Below, one piece after another: positions 58,682 to 64,000 of a stretch of 64,000 nucleotides of DNA (its first letter is position 1; the number at the start of each line of letters is the position of its first letter). Origin of the DNA: an uncultured Clostridia bacterium (lineage in GTDB: Bacteria > Bacillota > Clostridia > Oscillospirales > Oscillospiraceae); NCBI GenBank assembly GCA_946061515.1, contig CAMGRL010000007.1:137-64136 (forward strand), written 5' to 3'. The notes beneath the pieces are model-generated. The model saw nothing but the letters and a program-made list of their open reading frames with translations, searched no databases and was not told the origin of the DNA. Both the position numbers and the translations under genes were made by a program.

Positions 58682-61600
58682 ATGAACAAACGCGGCTTGA
58701 GCAGAATGCTTTCCGTGCTGCTGCTGCTGGTCATGGTCGTATCCATGCTCCCGGTGAGCGCTTATGCGGAGGGTACAACTGCAACACTTGTTACGGATGC
58801 TTCCACGTTGAAGGCTGGCGATAAAATTATTATTGTAGCCAATACCGGTGGAAAAACCTACGCAGCAGGTGCATTAAGCGGGAAATTCTTGTCGAGCGTA
58901 GAAACTGATCTTACAAGTATCTCTGATACTGTAGCAGTATTCACTTTGGGCGGAGAAGCATCTGCCTGGACGCTGACTTCCGCATCAGGGCAGCTTTATA
59001 CTTCGGCTGCCAAAGCGGTAAATTATTCCGGCAACGGAACAGGGACATGGACGATAAGCATTGAAGAAAATTACGCGACCATTGCAAGCTCGGATTCCTC
59101 TTGCGGACGAATTCTCTACAATGTAAATAGCCCCAGATTCCTTAACTACACCTCGGCAACCAATGCCTCAATGTTGCTGCCCAGCATCTATAAGATCGAA
59201 GAAGGCGCAGGAACTGACCCCGAACCCGAACCGATGGAGACCGTAGCCACCCCCACCGCCAGCCCCGCTGCCGGTGAGGTGGAAAAGGGAACACAGGTCT
59301 CTTTTGCCTGTGCCACCGAGGGCGCGACTGTCTACTATAAAACCACCGGCGATTATCAGGCGTACACCGCGCCCGTGACCGTGGATGCCGACACCACCTT
59401 TACGGTCATTGCCAAAAAGGACGGCATGAACGACAGCGCCGAGGCCACCTTTGCTTACACCGTGAAGGAAGCAGCCCCGGAGGATCCCTATGCTTCCGTC
59501 CCCCTGAAGTATTCCGTCTATAAAAAAGTGGACGCCATCGGTGCCGGTGACGTGGTTGTCATCTACAACGCGAATAACGCAAGGGCCGTCACTTCAACAG
59601 TCAAATCGAGCTACTACCTTGAGGGCGAAAACGGCCTGACCGCAGGCGACGGATTCCTTTATGGCGACGCAGAAAACATTGAATGGACCGTCGGCGCCAG
59701 CGGCACGGACTTCACTTTTACCCAGGGTGAGGCGGTTTTGGCCGGCGTGCAGAGCGTCAACGGCACAAAGACCTACAACAATATCAGCCTGACGGACGCC
59801 ACCAACGCCGCATGGACGCTGGAGACCTGCAACGCAGAGAACGGCTCTTATTATATTTACAACCCCGCCATGAACAGCAATTATGCCAGCGAAGGCGGAC
59901 ACATCTATCTGGAGTGGTACAAGGACAAAACCGAGTTCTCGCTGTATGACACCAGCAGAGCCTCCGAGGGAAATTTTGACTTTACCTTCTATAAGCTGGT
60001 GCGCGAGGGAAAGGTAACTTCCGTTGCAGCGCCTGAAGCGGCCCCTGCCGCCGGTGAAGTGGCAAAGGGCACGGAAGTCACCCTGAGCTGTGCCACCGAG
60101 GGGGCCAGCATTCTCTATAAGACCGCCGCAGACGCGGAGTTTGCGGAATACACGGCACCCATCGTCATCGACGAAGACACCACCATCACCGCGAAAGCAG
60201 TGAAGGAAGGCCTTGCCGACAGCGAAGAAGTCAGCTTTGCCTACACGGTAAAAGTCAACACCAAGACCGCTGACTATACGGAGACCATTGCCGACGGCGA
60301 CAAGGTCGTCATTTACTATCCTGTAGCCGGGAAGGTTATGGGTACAGAGGAATATCTCTACAACAACAAAAAGTATGAGCTCACCGCCCTTGACGGCAGT
60401 TTAAATACAGAGGGCGATATCCTGACCTATTCTGAGGGAACTGCCGAGCTGAACGTTGTGGTGGATGAAAACGGTAAGTACAGCTTCGTCACCGACGAGG
60501 GCAAGTATCTCTATCTTGACGGTACCAACGTACAGCTTGTAGATGAAGCAGGGGATTATACCCTCTTCGAACTGGAAACCGCTGCTGACGGTTACTATAT
60601 CAAGTCGGTAAATGCTGTATACAGCGGTAACGCCCAGTATATGGAGTACTACGGCGGCTACTTTACCTGCTTTAAAATGGGCAGCAATACCGCTATCTAT
60701 ACCTTCCAGTTCTTTAAAATCCCCCAGGCGGAAAACCACATTGTCACCGATCTCAGTGAGCTGACCGACGGGGCCAAGGTCGTCATCTTCAACCCCGCCA
60801 ACATGCAGGCCCTGTCTCAGAATTACACAAGTTTCTACAACCTGGGTGTCCCCGTTACCAATACTGACGGAAAACTCTCCGGTTATGGCTCCACCGAAGT
60901 ATGGACCGTGGGCGTAAATGCCGACGGCAGCTTCACCTTCTCCACTGCCGACGGCAAGAAGTTTTCCATGGGCGCAAGCTATACCAGCACCCCGCTGGAT
61001 GACGTGAACCCCAACTGGAATGTCCTCCCTGCCGCCACCGCAGACTGCTTCTACATCCAGAACACCGCGCGCGGCAACTACATTGAGTGGTACGCGAGCA
61101 AGGGCAACTGGAGCTCCTATACCACGATCAGCGACGAGGCCCTCTTTGCCCAGCAGTTCTATCTGGTGGTGAAGGAAGAGAGCCAGCCCGCCGAGGGCGG
61201 CCTGCCTGAGGCCGGCGATCAGGTCGTTATCTACAACGCCTCCGCTGAGGGCGTCATCGGCCTGCAGGACGAACTGGGCGTCTCCATGTCCTGCGTCCCT
61301 GCCACCATTGAAGACGGCAAGGCCATTGTCGGAAACGGCGGCCGCGTGTTCACCGTCTCTGTCAGCGGTGAGGATTACATCTTTGAATCCAACGGACTGT
61401 ACCTGGCCGCCAACGACGCGGAGGAGCTGTTCCTGACCGAGACCCTGGATGACTATGCCAAATGGAACCTGGAGAAGAAGACCGACGGCTATGTGATGTA
61501 TAACAAGGCAGCCGCGTACACCTTCTCCGGCGGCGGCAGCGCCAAGGTCTGCATTGAGTACTTCAGCGGTTCCTTCTCCGGCTGGACCTACAAGAGCGCG

Positions 61601-64000
61601 GACTCCGCGATCTTTGAAATGAACTTCTACCCCGTGGCCGACGACACCCCCGTGACCCAGGGCATCGTCAACAAGCCCGCCATCGTCTTCGGCGCGCTGC
61701 CCGAGGCCTATGTGGGCCAGGATTACACCTTCACCTTCACGGTCGACGCCGTCTTCGGCGTTGATGGTACGCCGAGCGCCCAAGTCATGCTGAACACCCC
61801 GCAGGAGATCATGGTGAACCAGGACGGCGAGACCTACAGCATCACCGTTCCCGCCCAGTTTCTGGAGGGCAGGGAGTCCCTCACCGTCCATGTCACAGCC
61901 CTCGATACCCTCGGCACGCCCATCGAGGGTGACGCGGTGTTCACCGTTCTCGACGAGCCGGTCTTCTCCGACCTGACGCCTGCCGCGGGCAGCCAGACCG
62001 GCGAGGACAAGCGCCCCCTGATCTCCGCCAAGGTGTCCAACGCCGGCGAGAATCCCACCATCACCATGACCGTCAACGGTGAGGACGTGATCCCCTCTTA
62101 CAATGAGGGCCTGATCAGCTACATGGCCGAATCCGAGATGGAGGAAGGCCGCACTACGGTTTCCATCACCGTGACAAGAGCTGACGGTAAAGAAGCCACC
62201 AAGTCCTGGTCCTTCACCGTGGGCACTGCCCGCTATCAGCTCTACTTCGGCCAGCTCCACTCCCACACCACCTACTCCGACGGCTCCGGCACCCTTGACG
62301 CCGCTCTTGACTATGTGAAGAACCTGCCCGACAGCGCCAATGTGGACTTCGTGGCCTTCACCGACCACTCCAACTACTTTGACCAGTCCGGCTCCGCCAA
62401 CCCCGAGGGCGCGCTCTACGACATGAGCCTGGCCAGCGAAAGCAGCCGGAATCTCTGGAACACCTACAAGAGCACCGTGGCGGCCTTCAACGCCTCCCAG
62501 TCTGATGTTGTCGCCATCGCCGGCTTTGAGATGACCTGGTCCGGCGGCCCCGGCCACATCAACACCTTCAATACCCCCGGCATCGTCTCCCGCAACAACA
62601 CTACCCTGAATAACAAGACCGGCGACGCCGGCCTGCAGGCCTACTACGCGCTGCTGAGTCAGCCTGAGGGCGCGGACAGCCTGAGCCAGCTCAACCACCC
62701 CGGCTCCACCTTCGGCACCTTCAGCGATTTCAACTACTGGAATCCGGTGATCGACAGCCGCGTCTTCCTGGTTGAGGTGGGCAACGGCGAGGGCCAGATC
62801 GGCGCCGGCGGCTACTATCCCAGCTATGAGTACTACACCATGGCCCTGGATAAGGGCTGGCATGTAGCCCCCACAAATAACCAGGATAACCACAAGGGCA
62901 AGTGGGGCAACGCCAATGACGCCCGCGACGTCATCATCACCGACGACTTCAGCGAGCAGGGCATCTATGCCGCCATCCGTGCCATGCACATGTACTCCAC
63001 CGAGGATAAAAACCTGGAGATCGGCTACACCCTCAATGACCTGCTGATGGGCTCCAGTATCTCCGTTGTTCCCGAAAAGCTGAACATCAGCGTCACCGTC
63101 AACGACCCCGACGCCTCCGACTCCATCTCCAAGGTGGAAGTCATCGTCAACTCCGGCAAGACCATCTACACCTGGAGCGACCCTGCGGAGCTTGCCACCG
63201 GCGCGCTGTCCGTGGAGCTTGACCCCGACTACAGCTATTACTACATCCGCGTCACTGAGGGCGACGGCGACCTGGCCGTTACCGCCCCTGTCTGGGTGGG
63301 TGAGAGCCTGAAGCTGGGCATCTCCTCTCTGGACTGCGGCACCTCTACGCCAGTCACCGGCGAGGAGCTGACCCTGACCACCACCCTCTTCAACAGCGAG
63401 GCTGCTGACGCCACGGTCAAATCCATCACCTACACCACCAGCGGCTCCGTGGTTCTGGGTACCGACACCACCGACTACACCGTTCCCGCCTCCGGCACGC
63501 TGGCTGTGGACTTCAAGTACACGCCGGATGTGGCCAAGGTCATGACCGTCACCGCCACTGTGGTGATGGAGCAGAACGGAAAGGAATACACCTTCACCAA
63601 GGATATCGAGCTGGATGTTCTGAATGCGGACAGCCTGGTGTATATCGGCATCGACGCCTCTCACCACAATGAATATGTGGCGGGCAATTACAAGGACAGC
63701 ATGGGCAACTTCGGCGCACTGGCCGCATCCTACTCCGCACGCACCGTGCAGCTGAATACCAGCGAAGATCTGATCGCCGCTTGCAGCAATCCCAAGTTCC
63801 AGATGCTGATCCTGACTGCGCCTTCCCGCCGCGACGGCACGGCTCTCCGCGACCCCTATGACACCTACAGCGAGGCGGAGATCGCTGCCATCACCGAGTT
63901 TAACAGCAAGGGCGGCACAGTGGTCCTGTGCGGCTGGGGCGACTTCTATGAGAGCTATGCCAGCTTCCCGGCTGAGGATCATATGGCAGCACAGCAGAAC
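58682..64000 (+). CDS. Giant secreted multidomain protein (more than 1773 codons, 3' end beyond the window): signal peptide, five copies of an unassigned ~150-aa module, two Fn3-associated/chitobiase-C-like domains, Ig-like regions, a PHP/CehA-McbA-type metallohydrolase core and a GATase-like-fold region
   Basis: Not in the ORF track because there is no stop in the window. I hand-translated the frame (58682 mod 3) without a stop to about 63060 and read the remainder in the same frame. Start is MNKRGLSRMLSVLLLLVMVVSMLPVSAYA after GAGGAGG. PHP motifs are YFGQLHSHTTYSDG, VAFTDHSNY, GFEMTWSGGPGHINTF, LNHPG and NQDNHKG. ORF 60401..63982 (-) is its antisense shadow. Confidence 0.82.
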   Translation, partial: MNKRGLSRMLSVLLLLVMVVSMLPVSAYAEGTTATLVTDASTLKAGDKIIIVANTGGKTYAAGALSGKFLSSVETDLTSISDTVAVFTLGGEASAWTLTSASGQLYTSAAKAVNYSGNGTGTWTISIEENYATIASSDSSCGRILYNVNSPRFLNYTSATNASMLLPSIYKIEEGAGTDPEPEPMETVATPTASPAAGEVEKGTQVSFACATEGATVYYKTTGDYQAYTAPVTVDADTTFTVIAKKDGMNDSAEATFAYTVKEAAPEDPYASVPLKYSVYKKVDAIGAGDVVVIYNANNARAVTSTVKSSYYLEGENGLTAGDGFLYGDAENIEWTVGASGTDFTFTQGEAVLAGVQSVNGTKTYNNISLTDATNAAWTLETCNAENGSYYIYNPAMNSNYASEGGHIYLEWYKDKTEFSLYDTSRASEGNFDFTFYKLVREGKVTSVAAPEAAPAAGEVAKGTEVTLSCATEGASILYKTAADAEFAEYTAPIVIDEDTTITAKAVKEGLADSEEVSFAYTVKVNTKTADYTETIADGDKVVIYYPVAGKVMGTEEYLYNNKKYELTALDGSLNTEGDILTYSEGTAELNVVVDENGKYSFVTDEGKYLYLDGTNVQLVDEAGDYTLFELETAADGYYIKSVNAVYSGNAQYMEYYGGYFTCFKMGSNTAIYTFQFFKIPQAENHIVTDLSELTDGAKVVIFNPANMQALSQNYTSFYNLGVPVTNTDGKLSGYGSTEVWTVGVNADGSFTFSTADGKKFSMGASYTSTPLDDVNPNWNVLPAATADCFYIQNTARGNYIEWYASKGNWSSYTTISDEALFAQQFYLVVKEESQPAEGGLPEAGDQVVIYNASAEGVIGLQDELGVSMSCVPATIEDGKAIVGNGGRVFTVSVSGEDYIFESNGLYLAANDAEELFLTETLDDYAKWNLEKKTDGYVMYNKAAAYTFSGGGSAKVCIEYFSGSFSGWTYKSADSAIFEMNFYPVADDTPVTQGIVNKPAIVFGALPEAYVGQDYTFTFTVDAVFGVDGTPSAQVMLNTPQEIMVNQDGETYSITVPAQFLEGRESLTVHVTALDTLGTPIEGDAVFTVLDEPVFSDLTPAAGSQTGEDKRPLISAKVSNAGENPTITMTVNGEDVIPSYNEGLISYMAESEMEEGRTTVSITVTRADGKEATKSWSFTVGTARYQLYFGQLHSHTTYSDGSGTLDAALDYVKNLPDSANVDFVAFTDHSNYFDQSGSANPEGALYDMSLASESSRNLWNTYKSTVAAFNASQSDVVAIAGFEMTWSGGPGHINTFNTPGIVSRNNTTLNNKTGDAGLQAYYALLSQPEGADSLSQLNHPGSTFGTFSDFNYWNPVIDSRVFLVEVGNGEGQIGAGGYYPSYEYYTMALDKGWHVAPTNNQDNHKGKWGNANDARDVIITDDFSEQGIYAAIRAMHMYSTEDKNLEIGYTLNDLLMGSSISVVPEKLNISVTVNDPDASDSISKVEVIVNSGKTIYTWSDPAELATGALSVELDPDYSYYYIRVTEGDGDLAVTAPVWVGESLKLGISSLDCGTSTPVTGEELTLTTTLFNSEAADATVKSITYTTSGSVVLGTDTTDYTVPASGTLAVDFKYTPDVAKVMTVTATVVMEQNGKEYTFTKDIELDVLNADSLVYIGIDASHHNEYVAGNYKDSMGNFGALAASYSARTVQLNTSEDLIAACSNPKFQMLILTAPSRRDGTALRDPYDTYSEAEIAAITEFNSKGGTVVLCGWGDFYESYASFPAEDHMAAQQN

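Noticed and set aside
60401-63982. 1193-aa minus-strand ORF, the longest ORF in the supplied track
   Set aside because: It is antisense to the plus-strand frame that carries a signal peptide, PHP motifs and repeated domains. Its translation is the low-complexity Gly/Ala/Val/Asp-rich sequence typical of shadow ORFs in high-GC DNA, with no RBS and no recognisable motif.

Overview
This is an origin-proximal chromosomal segment from a high-GC (about 60% by eye) spore-forming Clostridia-class Firmicute. Assignment to Oscillospiraceae is only an inference from the REP-like hairpin repeats.

The window is dominated by housekeeping genes:
- mfd (5' part), a GNAT/ABC-exporter/rnhA cluster, then gyrA-gyrB-remB-recF-yaaA-dnaN, a DnaA-box spacer (oriC) and dnaA.
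- An apparent parA-parB-serS-mscL operon with two perfect parS sites upstream.
- gpr divergent from rpsT, a lipid kinase, asnS, plsY and an M14/LysM peptidase.
- A trkA-trkH-ktrB-ktrA block, cysE, a 4Fe-4S protein and a threonine-aldolase-family enzyme.
- rarA-DUF951-GIY-YIG, an ECF sigma/anti-sigma pair, a ZIP transporter and efp-pepP.
- Two OmpR-type two-component systems, comEA, a DD-carboxypeptidase, spoIVB, mscS, ruvX, folC and an AEC transporter.
- rpmG-secE-nusG-rplK-rplA, a YibE/F protein, and the first ~1770 codons of a giant secreted multidomain protein that runs off the right edge.

I found no rRNA, tRNA, CRISPR array, integrase, transposase or recognisable complete defence or mobile system, and I cannot point to a convincing new multi-gene system.

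The items most worth follow-up are small and mostly single-gene:
- a compositionally mosaic polyvalent-protein fragment stranded between REP-like repeats (31.8-33.5 kb);
- a low-GC orphan gene wedged between ruvX and folC (50.1-50.8 kb);
- a 163-bp MITE-like terminal-inverted-repeat hairpin (57.09-57.26 kb);
- an ECF anti-sigma factor with an internally duplicated Cys-rich ectodomain;
- the giant PHP-domain surface protein with five copies of an unassigned module;
- an atypical origin neighbourhood.

Many long ORFs in the supplied track are antisense shadows of real genes, as expected at this GC content.
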